Source: Azolla caroliniana
Lineage: Eukaryota; Plantae; Polypodiophyta
DNA: 64,000 nucleotides
Reading direction: 5' to 3'
NCBI GenBank assembly: GCA_043228905.1
Contig: JBHGNT010000013.1
Coordinates: forward strand, 11,904,001 to 11,968,000
Of this stretch, positions 36,265 through 48,699 are shown piece after piece (position 1 is the first letter of the stretch; each line of letters begins with the position of its first letter). The notes beneath the pieces were generated by a model that saw only the letters and a program-made list of their open reading frames with translations, was not told the origin of the DNA and searched no databases. A program made the translations under genes and the position numbers.

Positions 36265-37910
36265 ATGTGGACGACATGTTGATCGTCGGACGGGACCAAG
36301 CCAAAATACGGATGCTGAAGAAGGCTCTCAATCAAACCTTCGCAATGAAAGACTTGGGCCCGGCAAGACAGATACTGGGCATGCACATCATCCGGGACCG
36401 GTCGAAGAAGCAATTTTGGTTGTCACATGAGAAATACGCGACAAAGGTGCTTCAGCGGTTCAACATGTTAGAAGCAAAACCGGTCGGATCGACACTCTCG
36501 GCAAACTGCAAACTATCTGGTAAGCAAAGCCCGAAGGCGGATATGGTGAAGGTTCCATATGCCTCTGCCGTCGGGAGCTTGATGTACGCAATGGTGTCTA
36601 CTCGGCCGGATATTGGATACGCAGTTGGAGTGGTGAGCCGGTTTATGAGCAATCCCGGCAAGGAGCACTAGAACGCGGTCAAATGGATACTCCGGTACTT
36701 GAAGGGCACTTCGAATATGTGTCTCCGATTCGTCTCCGGTAAACCTCAACTTAACGGTTTTACCGATTCGGACATGTCGGCTGATGTGGATACCAGCCGG
36801 TCTACATTCGGGTATGTAATGACATATGCAGGGGGAGTTGTTTCATGGCAGTCGAGGCTGCAGAAGACGGTTGCGTTGTCAACCACGGAGGCAGAGTACA
36901 TGGCGGTTGTGGAAGCCGGCAAGGAAATATTATGGATGAAGAACTTCATCGGTGAGCTCGGTATCCGGCAAGATGAATATCGGCTCTATTGCGACAGTCA
37001 AAGTGTCATCCACCTTGCTAAGAACGCAGCGTACCATTCCAGGACGAAGGACATCCAGCGTAGGTATCACTGGATCTGGGAGCGAGTAGAAGATCGAGAG
37101 TTCGCACTGACGAAGATCCACACGGCCGAGAACGGGTCAGATATGCTGACCAAAGATACCTGACAAGCTGGACGCATGTCAGAAGCGGATCGGACTAGTA
37201 AGACATCCCATGCCGGAGTGAAGGGGGAGTTTGTTAGGAAACAGGTCCCTCCGGATGGGAAGTGAGAATAACAATGTTGATGAACAACTTGGCCGAGGCT
37301 GATAGGCCAAGGCCGAAACCGGATGACAAGTACCCAACAACGGAAGACCCAGTGAGAACCGGATGTGGAGTACCCGACAACGGAAGACCCGGTGAGAACC
37401 GGATGACGAGTACCCGGCAAGGGAGACCCGGTGAGAACTGGATGTTCCAGGCCCAATGTGAACCTCTCATCGGATGGAAGGGACATATATGTAAATATGT
37501 TCCAGAGAGCCCACTGGGGCTATATTTGTAAATAGCTGAAAGTCACATTAGTATAAATATGACCTAGGGCAAACTCTATGTGTGCGCGTAATTTTCGTGT
37601 AACGACTGTCCAGAGAGAGAGAGAGAGAGGAAGAGGTTGTTGCCTCTGTTGTAACCGCCTGGTGGCGAAGCGAGGGAGCAAGAGGTCGTTGCCTCTATGC
37701 CCCATTGTTGTAATCTTGATATAGTGATATCTTGCAGTCTGAGGGCTGCCATGGTTTTTCCCAGATTTGGGTTTTCCACATTAACATCCAATGCACTCTC
37801 TTCTTTACTGTTCTGTGTGTAGATACATCTCACCACATCCCTGTTTTTCTGTGATTGATCCGACGTCTCGGTTGTGGCCGAGCATAGCATAGGAAACCGT
37901 ATTCCTATCA

Positions 37911-38044
37911 TTCTTGTACCAAGATATTAGGCTAATCTACAATAGTATCTTCACTATTTTTGTTTCATGTCTTGTGTGAAGAACCACTCTCGATTTTGTA
38001 CATTCCTTGCAATTTTCACACCATTGCCGAAAATCTTCACGACA
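37911..38044. mobile_element. LTR end fragment D (...CACGACA), probably the Trp-primed lineage, inserted in element C
   Basis: Terminus matches the TGTCG...CGACA ends of A, B and C; followed directly by element C coding sequence. Confidence 0.5.
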
Positions 38045-41000
38045 GCGGAGGCGGCAACAATCGGATGAAGAGGTGGTGAAAACAAGTACCATAACAATGG
38101 CAAGATCGAAAGAGGAGGAGGAAGAAGAAGTTATGGCAAAGGACCATTACTCTCAACCTCATTGGGCGAGAGTGACAATGGAGATGCCAGTGCAGATCAG
38201 GGAGAAGAAAGAGACCGTGGTAGCCTTGATTGACCATGGCTCAGAGATCAACCTCATGTTGACCGAGTTCTACAAGAAAGGAAGAACCACGAATAGAAGA
38301 TTCGAGCGGCGACGAAGGCTAGAGAGGACTTGTACGAAGCTTGCCTCAATGTTAAAGTCACGATCGGGGATGTGGAGATTGATCAACACTTCTTCGTGCA
38401 AGACTCGGCTTCACATCCTATCATCTCAGGACAACCGTATATCACATCGTCTCGGATGGAGACCAAGGTGTTCAATAACGGAGCAGCCTTAGCGTGAGTC
38501 AAGAGTCTTGACAGTCAAAGATCTATTTAATTCCTAACGGTGTGAGCTAATCACAAAAGGAGCCGAAATAGCCTTGGCGGCGAATCCCCGGATTTTTAGA
38601 GCAGACTAATGAAGCGTGGGGCACAAATAGTCCGAACAATCATAAGTCCTCACACGGAAGCAGAGCGCGGAATGCAAGGAGAAGCAACATGTGTCACACC
38701 TAGCAGCGCACGTAAACTAACACTACTCAACAAGAAGGACAAGCGTCGGATACAAGACTTCGAGAAGGTGCTGAAAGAAGAAAGCGTAATAGAAGAAGAA
38801 GAATTCGTGACTCATATTCTGGAAGAAGCCTCATTTAACGACACCATCGACGAAATCGAGGAAGTCGCGGACTTGAGTTATCTTCGTGATCAACACGTGA
38901 CTTTGGTTAACTCCGTCAACATGTACGTTGTCATCGATGAATATCATCGAGGAAGCTGAAGTCAACACAAAATATAAAACAGTGCATAGGAAGATTAAGC
39001 CAGTTGTGGTTCCGCTACTGGAAGATAGCTAGCAAAAGATGAAGGAAGTTGCAAACGATCCAAGCTTAAGGAATCTGAAGACAATAGGTCATGTCTTCAC
39101 TAAAGAGACGAAAGGAAAGCTACGAGTTGGAAGGGAAGATTTCCTCCTTCCTGAAGAGGAGCGAATGTTCCGCGAAAACGCTTGAAAGACATGGGAAGGC
39201 TTTCACATTTTTCCCATAGGAAATCGGATGTGTTGATCCAAGGATGATAGAACCGATGGTGATCTTCACGGTGCCGCATGTGCCTTGGAATTTGAAACTG
39301 ATACCGGTTCCGAGAGCACACCTACCGAAGTTGATCGAGCTCTTAAAGGAGAAGGTGAATATGGGAATTCTGGAACCGTTGAACACTCCTTACTCTAGTA
39401 GGTGGTTCACGGTGCCGAAGAAGAATGGATCGTTGCAATTCATCCAAGTTCTTCAACCCGTCAACAAGGTGATAATTTGGAATGTTGGAATCGGTCGAAG
39501 TGTGGATGAATTTGTTGAGGCGTTTGTAGGCTAGTCCATCTACTCCGTTGGTGATCTCTACTATGGATACGATCAATTCCAGTTGGCGGTCAACAATCCT
39601 GCCATTACAACCATGAGGACTCCGATCGGGCTTGTGCAGATGTGTACCATACCTCAAGGTGCAACAAACTGTGCCTCATATGGTGAATGCCATGAACAAG
39701 GTCTTGAAGGATTGCATCCCAGGAATCACGATGCCCGTCTTGGATGATATTCCGATAAAAGGATGTTCGGATGAGGAGAAGGATGAATCAAAAGATAAGG
39801 ATGGATGCAGAAAGTTCGTCATGAATCATATGAAGGATTGCGAGAAGGTGCTGCAAAAGCTTGAAGATGCGAATTGGACATTTTCGTGAGAAAAGTCTGC
39901 ATTCGGGCAACTGGAGATCGTGGTGGTAGGTCATTTGTGTGGAGCATATGGCCAGAAGCCTTCGCCATCCAAGGTGAATGCGATCCAAGACATGAAAGAA
40001 GAATACATAACCCAAACGGAAGTTCGAAGGTTTCTTGGAGCATGCACGTTTTATCATATTTGGATTCCACACTACGTCCACATTGTTGAGCCCTTGTACG
40101 GTTTGCTGAAGAAGAAGCAAAGGTTTGAATAGACGAGCGAGCATATTTTCGCCATCCGAAGACTGAAGAAATTATTGATGGAGGCACCTGCATTACGGAA
40201 GGTGGACTATTAAGAAGACAAGCCCAATTTTGTGATCGTGGATACTAGTCCAACCGCAATCGGATGGGTTATCAACCAAGAAGACGAAGATTGCAACCTA
40301 TATGCAATTCGGTTTGGCACGAAAGTGTTAAGTGACAGGCAAAGAAGGTATGCCCAAGTGAAGAGGGAGTTGTGGGGAATGGTATCGACGATCAAGTCTG
40401 ATTGTGACTACCTCATTGGAGCAGAAGTCATAATCAAGACAGATTGCCTACCAATTTTGGGCATGATATCTGGTTTTCGTACTCTAGATATTTCCATGTT
40501 ATGTTGGATCGCATATATCAACTCACTCAACCCGGAGATCCGTGATGTAGCTAGGAAGCGTAATGTCATTGCAGACATGCTATCACAAGCGACATACGAC
40601 GGAGAAGAAGATCGACATTCTAATGAAGAGGATGTTGGCTTGGACTTCTTTACCAGTTCCTTGGCTTGGGTGCTAACTACTTTCATAGAAGAGGACTACG
40701 AACGTAAATTCGTGGAGATCGGGAAATACTTGAGTTCTCTCCAAAGAGATGAATCCTCGTCGACGGAAGACTTCCACCGAATTCGGAAGAAGACGTACAA
40801 GTATTTCCTTAAGGATGGAGCTCTTTGGAGGCATGCGAAGAAGAAGAATGGGACTCCAATGAGAGTTTTCTGCAAGCTAGAAGACCAACAAAAAGTGATG
40901 TCCCAATTTCATGATAGTGTTTGGGCAGGCCATCGAGGAATATGGGCTACGTTCGCGAAGCTTAACAAGAAATATTGGTGGTCGAGTATCTACAAGGATG

Positions 41001-42642
41001 TAGCAGCTTACGTGGAAACATGTAAGGAATGTCAGATGTTTTTCAATATTCTCCATCGAGATGAACTTCATCCAACTTACATGTTGTCTATGCATTACAA
41101 GTGGATGGCGGACATCGTAATGATGTCAATGGGGCGATGACAAATGAGGTAGCTTGTGCTCGCGAGAGGGGAGCTTACCAATCAAGTTGAAGGGCAATCA
41201 TTAAGAACTAAGGAAACATCATCAATATGCAGATTCCTCCTTGAAGATGTTATTTACAGATATGGATGTGTCGGCAAGATAGTGGCTGATAGAGGCAAGA
41301 TGGACACCAATGAAGCAAGAGAATTCTTCTCCAAGATGGGAATCAAGTTATCTCTTACCACGACATATAAACTGGATGGTACATCACTTGCTTTGCCAAT
41401 TTCCGGGTAAAGAATCAAGATCTTCAAGAGAAGAGACAAAATGGAAATCGGATTCGAAGCTTTAGATGATTTTGTCTTGGACATCGACAACAAAATAGAG
41501 TAATCAAAAGAGGAGCCTCACCACAATTGGCACATACCGGTGGATTTGCATGTTTGCTGGGGGTGAATGTCGTGTCGTTTTTCACACACGATATGAAAAA
41601 TAATGAAATAATTATTTTAGATTAGTTTAATGGCCTGGTACGAAAAGATGGACGTCTTCAAGAGCTTCCAAACGCATTTTACTACGTATGAAACGGACAA
41701 CTACGTATCAAGTTATGTGTGTATGAAGCTGACAAAGATGGGGGAACAAAATTGTGAGATATCCCACATTAACAGGAAAACATCGGATCCAGCAATATAT
41801 AAGCAAACCCAGAACCCATTAGTTCATATATGGCGTTCGGAGCACGAGCCAAACTGCTTGGAATGGCCAGAACGGTTCGGACCGGTTCGGAACGTTGCTT
41901 GGAGGAATGGTTCGGAATGGCAGGGGCGATCCTTAGTGTACAGGCCAAAATGTACGGACGATAGGATGATGCAGATGATTTTGTAAGGACAGTCGCATGT
42001 GGAACGCATGCAACTGAACGTGGAGGCCATGCAACTAAAGTAAATGCCATGTGGGACGCATGCAACTGAACGTGGAGGCCATGCAACTAAAGTAAACGCC
42101 ATGTGGGACGAATGCAACTAAACGCGGAGGCCATGCAACTAAAGTAAACGCCATATAGAATGCAAACTGCGGTTCCTTCATGCAAGTGCAGATATCTTCG
42201 GGTGGAAAAACCTGGAATTCTTAGGAAGGAAAGCAATCATTCAAAAAACCCTAACCCTAATTTTCCTTATCTATCTCATAAACCCTAACCGAAATTTCTG
42301 AAAAAAAAAACCCGAAATCCTTAGGAGGAAGAAATCTATCACTAAAAGACCCTAGCCCTAATTTTTCTTATCTAACCCATATCTCATAAACCCTAACCCG
42401 AATTTCTAAAAAAAATCCACAAAACCCTAATCCGTTAATCTGTTAATCTTCATAAGCCTAAAACTTCTGTAATCCCAATCTTGGGATAGATTGTAATTTT
42501 CCTTTTCTTTGCTAATGAAAATTACCAAACTTTCTCATTTCGGTTAATTCATAAAACATAAACGCACGAATATGGTATCCTCAGGTCAAAGGCCCCGGGG
42601 TCCTGCCTCAAGTTCACGTATCTTTGTCGTTTTTTCACGACA
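38045..42642 (+). mobile_element. Ty3/gypsy element C (same family as A), degenerate, 5' part missing; 3' LTR 41568-42642
   Basis: Colinear with the reverse complement of A (LIDHGSEIN, GGATTTTTAG, RT, RH, INT); integrase internal deletion near 41365; LTR end matches A. Confidence 0.9.
41995..42155. repeat. ~51-bp tandem repeat rich in CATGCA within element C LTR
   Basis: About three copies of GCCATGTGGGACGCATGCAACTGAACGTGGAGGCCATGCAACTAAAGTAAA. Confidence 0.8.
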
Positions 42643-45372
42643 CCAGAAATTGATACAGAGTAGTGACGTCATCTTCAATGAAGACTCTATTCTCTCTAAG
42701 TGGAACCAACAGAAAATAATGGACAAAAAGGTCTCGTTCGAAATCGACAGAGACGTCGTAGAAAGACCGACCCACCGGGCTAAATCGGAGATTCGAGAAA
42801 CAGTTGAACTTGACCAAGCCGACAACACACCCGCCGACTCTAAATCGGTAGGAGGTCCACTAGTCGAACTCGAAGACAAAGCCATCGAAGACAAAAAACG
42901 GCAAAGTCAACAATGTGCGAGCCGGAAACGATAGAGTCGGACCGACCCACCCAAGGCCAAAGGGCAAAACAAAACCGAGTCGGCTAAGTCTTTTACCCCC
43001 AAATCAACTGATCCCAAGGAAGGGGAGGATGGCACGACATCATCGAAATCCTACTACAAGGGCGAGCCATCTAACAAGACTCCTCAAGACGGTTCAAGTA
43101 ACACCGATTGGCCGGTCAAGCCGACTGAATTGTTCAACCCAACAACATCAGCACCTAGGAGATCATGAAGAAATTGAAGGCCAACAGAATTTTACCAACC
43201 GAGCCACAACTTCGTCAACTACACCGATGGAGGTGAACCAAGCACATATGAAGAAGCCATAGTTGCATTGGATGCCGATACATGGCTGCAAGCCATGAGA
43301 TCCAAGATGGACTCAATTCATCAAAACAATACATGGGAGCTGGTCGAACTACCAGCAGGAAGAAAGCCACTACCTTGCAAATGGGTATTCCGATACAAAT
43401 ATGTATTTGACTCAGTGAAGCCCAACTACAAAGCTCGGCTCGTTGTGAAGGGATTTAAATAGGAACACAGGGTTGACTACTACGAGATATTCTCTCTAGT
43501 AGTCAAGATGACTTTGAGGATGCAGTATTGATCAGCGAACGTTCGATATACGAAGATATTTCTACATCCTTCCACATTGAGAGACACGAGATTGAGGTTC
43601 TACTTGGGGTCGTGGCAATAGAGTACCTATAGCTGGAGCAGCTCGACGTAAAGACGATATTCCTATACGGAGACTTGGAAGAGGACATTTACATGTCCCA
43701 ATGGGTAGGCTTCTCGGCAATAAGGGAGGAAAGTCACCTCGTATGTCGATTGATGAAAAGCCTATATGGCTTAAAGCAAGCGCCGAGGATGTGGTACTCG
43801 AAGTTGGATTCCTACATTCGACAACTCGGTTATAGCCAGTCTGACTCTGGGCCATGTTTATACACTCAGCAATTGACAGATGAGTCCCGGATCTATCTAA
43901 TCCTATACGTCGACAACATGCTCATTGCAGGGAGCAATCGAGCCAAAATCGGAAAGCTTAAATGGAGCCTTCATGACAAGTTGGCGATGAAGGAACTTGG
44001 ACAAGCCTGACACATATTGGGCATGAGGATCGAGCAAAATCGGAAGGCAAAGACTCTCTGACTCTCCTAGTCTGACTACATCTGAAAGGTGCTGAGGTGC
44101 TTCAATATGGGGAACGCGAAGCCAACACCAACTCCTCTTCCAATGTCGATCCGACCATCGGACAAAGACTCTTCTTTGATTGATAAGGAGAGAGAGCTTA
44201 ATGGAAAGATACCCTATGCATCGGCCATAGGAAGTATCATGTACGCGATGGTGGGGACTCGAGCTGACCTTGCCTATGTCGTAGGGGTCATCAGCCGGTA
44301 CATATCAACCCAAGACGGAAGCATTGGGAGGCCGTCAAGCACATCTTGAGGTACCTAAGAGGAACCAAAGATGCACAGCTGACTTTCGGATCAGCAAACC
44401 CGACCGAAGTCGAAGGCTCCATCGACTCCGATTACGTCATGAATTAGGATAATCAGAAGTCGACATTAGGCTACATCTTCACCTACGGTGGCGGCATTAT
44501 ATCATGGAGGTCAAAGCTCCAAGAGTGCATGACCCTGTCTACCATAGAGGCCAAGTACATAGCAGCGTCAAAGGCAGCAAAGGCAGCAATCTGGCTGCAC
44601 CAACTGATTGCCGACTTTTTGGCTACTAGTCAAATCGACCAACCAACACCAACCATCTACTACAACTCACAGAGCACAATACACCTCATCAATAATATTG
44701 TCTATCATGCGAAGACAAAGCACATTGAGGAGCGATATCATCATATCCGAGAGCTAGTACCCGAGAAGAAGCTCGAAGTCCGGAAGATCGACACCGAGGT
44801 GAACATCGTCGATTGCCTGACTAAGTCACTCCCAAATCAATGTTGCAGAGAAGTAAGGACAAAGATGGGACTACGACAAGCGACCGAGTAGAAGAAAGCC
44901 AATCACAGACCAGGAGGTAGGCAAAATACCGACATTATCCCTACTGACTCGGCTAGATGTCGACTAACTTGTAACCATAACTTTAGATTTAAATTGTAAT
45001 CTAGGTTTACGGGGGAGATAACCCCATACAACTGTAATTAGAAAGAGTAGCCTTTTTACGAGGGATTTTGTTGGCATAAAAGGCCGACTTCTTTCATTTT
45101 GTATCCCTACTAGTGGGAACACATCCAATAGTTAGGGAGCCTTGAGTATATAAGCCCTAACCTAACATTGTAATACATGGTGCTTGATCATCTTGTATCT
45201 TGAGTCAGTGAGAGAGAGAGAGAGAGAAAGAAAGAGAAACAGAGAATAACGAGAATCACCATTGACGCTTAACTCCTTGTCTATCTACTCCTTTAGCGAC
45301 ATATATATGTATGTTGTTTGTTGCGCATAACCGGCAGGTCCTCAAACGTTCTTCCGCGCATATCTGCTCACA
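42643..45372 (+). mobile_element. Degenerate Ty1/copia element K (INT end, RT, RNase H, probable 3' LTR 45069-45372)
   Basis: SSDVIFNED, YKARLVVKGF, ILYVDNMLI, HAKTKHIE; LTR TGTTGGC...CTCACA. Confidence 0.8.
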
Positions 45373-45890
45373 GTATGTAGATTCTGGAGCATCAAACCAT
45401 ATGACAAAGCCTGTCAACGAACCATTCTGGAACGCCCAAGTCTGCGAAGCTTGTCAACACAGGAAGCAACACTAAATTCCATTCCCCAACGAGCGTAATT
45501 GGAGCCGTAACAAGCTCGACTTGATCCATTCACATTTCTGGGGGCTGACGCAGAATGTGAGTATCGATGGGGGTCATTACTTTGTAACTTTCATAGATGA
45601 CTACACTTGGCACACCTGGGCATGGTTGATCGAGAAGAAAAACGAAGTCTTCTCCTGTTTTCTTAAGGTGAAGAGCCTTGTTGAATGGGAGACCGAAAGA
45701 AAGATCAAGGTGTTGGCATAAAAGGCCGACTCCTTCCACTTTGTAACCGTAGTGTGAACACATCCTCCAGTTAGGGCTTGAGTATATAAGCTCAAGCCTA
45801 ACATTGTAACGAGAACCTTCTTGTATCTTAAGTCTCTGAGAGTGTAAGTGTTATAGAATAACGAGAGTATTATTAAGCCATTTTCTACCA
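45373..45890 (+). mobile_element. Copia PR/INT fragment plus second truncated LTR starting at 45711
   Basis: VDSGASNHMT and YFVTFIDDY; TGTTGGCATAAAAGGCCGAC repeated from 45069. Confidence 0.7.
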
Positions 45891-46558
45891 CATCTCAATC
45901 CACCCTTCAGATTTTGTCACACAATTACAAGCTTTCTCATTAGATTTTTGACTAACCAACCTATGTTTATTTTCATCTATTTCTCCCTATGGGGAGTCAT
46001 GATCCCCTTGCTAGTTTGTGAAGTGACATGCATGCACTCTACATTGTTGGCCTTGCTTAAGAAGGTGGAGACATACACACAATCTTGATTCTCAACAATC
46101 TAGCTAAATGAGCTAGATACTCCACCCTACCAAGATATTAGCGTGTGGCCCTCTAAGTGTGGCACATGTGTACCTATGTGCTCCCTATGTACTTGAACTA
46201 ACTAAAACCTACTATGCACCATGTAACAAGGCAATTATCGTTTTGACCTTAGCAATCGTATAAGCATAGGACTAGTTATAATGAATCACGAGAGACATTA
46301 TACTAATTGATTTTATTTTTCTAGTTGCTTTCACAAAAACACGCAAATGATCAAGCACAAGTATTCAAACAGTGCCAATATGAGCACAACATTGACTAAA
46401 AAGGAGAGTGATGTTGCCATATTTTTTGTTTGAAGTTGATGAGAAGATAAAGACAACTATATGAATGTAGTTATGATGTTAATTACAACTTTTCAAAAGT
46501 ATGTACAGTTGAAATTTGTCAATTAATGTATGGGTACTCAAATAAGATTGAAGTGAGA

Positions 46559-47142
46559 TTAAATATTGACCAACTCAGAATTGATGTCGTAGATTTGGAT
46601 GAAAAGTTCATGCATGGTGGGACGAAGATCGGGGTTGGGGGCAAAACATGCCAATGCAATTCTCAACAATTGCTCCATCTGTTCTTGGATATACTCAGAT
46701 TTCATGACATTTGAATCAAAAACCTCCATCGGCCATTGATCTTCATCCACCTTTTGCACCCAATGTGGGAGATGGAGGTCATCACTACCACTAACGATAT
46801 TGTTTTTATCATCAACATTTGTTGAAGACTTTCCGCTAATAAGCTCTAGAAGAAGCACACCAAAGCTATAGACATCAGCAGAGGGTTGAGCTCGTCGGAG
46901 GTCATTGACCTCAGGTGCCATATACCTCATCATTTTCATGTTGGTAGATAAGTCGACAAATGCTAATTGTGCAAAACCATAATCGGCCACAAGTGGGTTC
47001 CCATTTCTGTCCATCAACACATTTGATGTCTTCACATTGCCATGCACCACCTTATGCTTGTGGAGATGTGCCAGGCCTTCAGCCACCATCCCCGCCACAC
47101 TCAATCGCTTCCCCCATTCCATGGGGGGATCTATTGGATTCT
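46559..47142 (-). CDS. LRR-RLK exon 2: kinase C-lobe (predicted pseudokinase); spliced product ~695 aa
   Basis: WGKRLSVA, HGNVKTSNVL, VADYG, YMAPE, ADVYSFGVLLLELISGK, LRIALACF..PDLRPTM; phase-compatible acceptor TTAAAG| at 47143 (an alternative TAG lies 12 nt downstream). Confidence 0.88.
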
Positions 47143-47754
47143 CTTTAAGTGAACAAAAAAAAACATTAAAAACATAATATGGTGCACTAATTCCCTCAAA
47201 AGATTTGGAAATCTCTCTCATTTACAAGGCAAAAGATATATCACAAGCAAGCGAATGATAACATTGAAAATTTTACCTATTTTTATTGAAATAAAAGTAT
47301 TTTGTTTGGTATTGAAATAAAGGATTTTACAATGAATATTCACCTAGGACATCTCAAAAGGCATGTATTAGTAAAGATTTTCTCACTGCAATAAATTTAG
47401 GGAGGACAATCCGGATTGGGTTTTATAAGCGCAACATACATAACTTAGGTCAATAAGGGAACTACATACATACCATGGGACCAATATTTTATTGAACCTA
47501 GATTGGTGTGACATGTTCCACTTAATGACCCTAACTAACTATGATAGATTATCGATCCCTAGCCTCTTCCAAACACCTGTAGAGCTAGCTTATACAAGCT
47601 CATGCAATTGAGTACTATAGAGCAAAAACATATTAGAAAGACGACATCTCTTTCTTCTATGGCTAGTAACATTTTGTCCCACCTCTTGAAGTGTTCACTT
47701 AGAGAAAAATGGATAGGTGTGTGTGTGTGTATGAGAGAGAGAGAAAGAGAGAGA

Positions 47755-47840
47755 GCCCTGATCGATGTAGCTCAGTTGGTAAGGTTGCCCAATGGAGACT
47801 AGGTGGCCATGGGTTCAACCCCAGCATTCCATAGGGGCAT
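47755..47840 (+). mobile_element. tRNA-derived SINE-like head or tRNA pseudogene remnant
   Basis: A box TAGCTCAGTTGG (47768) and B box GGTTCAACCCC (47812) at tRNA spacing; no full cloverleaf; flanked by microsatellites. Confidence 0.5.
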
Positions 47841-48054
47841 CTATTCGTGAAACGGATATATATATGGTGTAATAGAGAGGGGAGAAAATAGAGATATATA
47901 TATATATGGTCTAATAGAGAGGTGAGAAATTTGGGTTTCGAACCCAAGATGTAGTGGTAGTAGGGTAAGCTAATTACAATAAAAGGAGAGAGAGATGACC
48001 AAGACATATCCAACTTACCATCGATGTCCCATACTTACACATATTATTAGGATG

Positions 48055-48543
48055 TGTAGCGATATAGTGACATAAAATACATAGTTAGTGAGGATTGAAC
48101 CTACAACCTCACATAAACAAGATATCATGCTCAACCATTTTGATATGAGTATATATTTGTATTGTACTTGATCTAGAAATACTCTCTAGTCACATACCTC
48201 TAGAAAGTTCTAGAGGGTTCTAGAATAATTCGTGACTGGTGTTGAGTCCCTTCAACCTTGATGTGTCATTGATTGGTGTTGAATCCCTTCAAAGGGACCA
48301 TGGAGGTTACAAGTATTTATACTATGAGTTGAAGTACATGTACATTAGAATATTCTAGAACCCTCTAGAACCGTTTAGTTCTACAACTTTCTAGAGGTAT
48401 GTATGTAGAGAGTATTTGTAGATCAAGTACATTATAAACAAATACATGCTCATATCAAAATGGTTGAGCATGATATCTTGTTGACGCAAGGTTGCAAGTT
48501 TAATCCTCACCAACTATGTATTTTATGTCACTCTATCGTGACA
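48055..48543. mobile_element. Palindromic LTR-derived element (long inverted arms)
   Basis: Arms 48055-48227 and 48351-48543 are imperfect reverse complements; TG...CA ends; flanks GGATG/TGATG. Confidence 0.8.
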
Positions 48544-48699
48544 TGATGACTAGTACCTTAGAATAGGTAACACGATCATTGTTCACGACTAAAGCCTAGC
48601 CCGCACCATTGGTATCTCAAGACCAATGATGAACTTTAACACACATAAATACCCCAAGGAATGTGTGATTAGGCTTGTTATGTCAAGAAGCTTGACTTG

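Larger units (their letters stand above)
30652..37910 (+). mobile_element. Ty1/copia element E 3' part (RT, RNase H, PPT, 3' LTR 37232-37910), split by element F
   Basis: DVKTAFLHGDL...LLY|VDDMLI across the insertion; PPT GAAGGGGGAG at 37220-37229. Confidence 0.88.

Noticed and set aside
19691-37910. Copia H and E as two halves of one element
   Set aside because: LTRs share only terminal motifs and differ in length and interior; flanks CGATA vs TTCTT give no TSD.
42240-42465. Interstitial telomere
   Set aside because: Scattered motifs inside an LTR, not a tandem array.
47143-47221. N-terminus of the 220-aa ORF as a standalone kinase gene
   Set aside because: T-rich intron end; the ORF lacks the kinase N-lobe.
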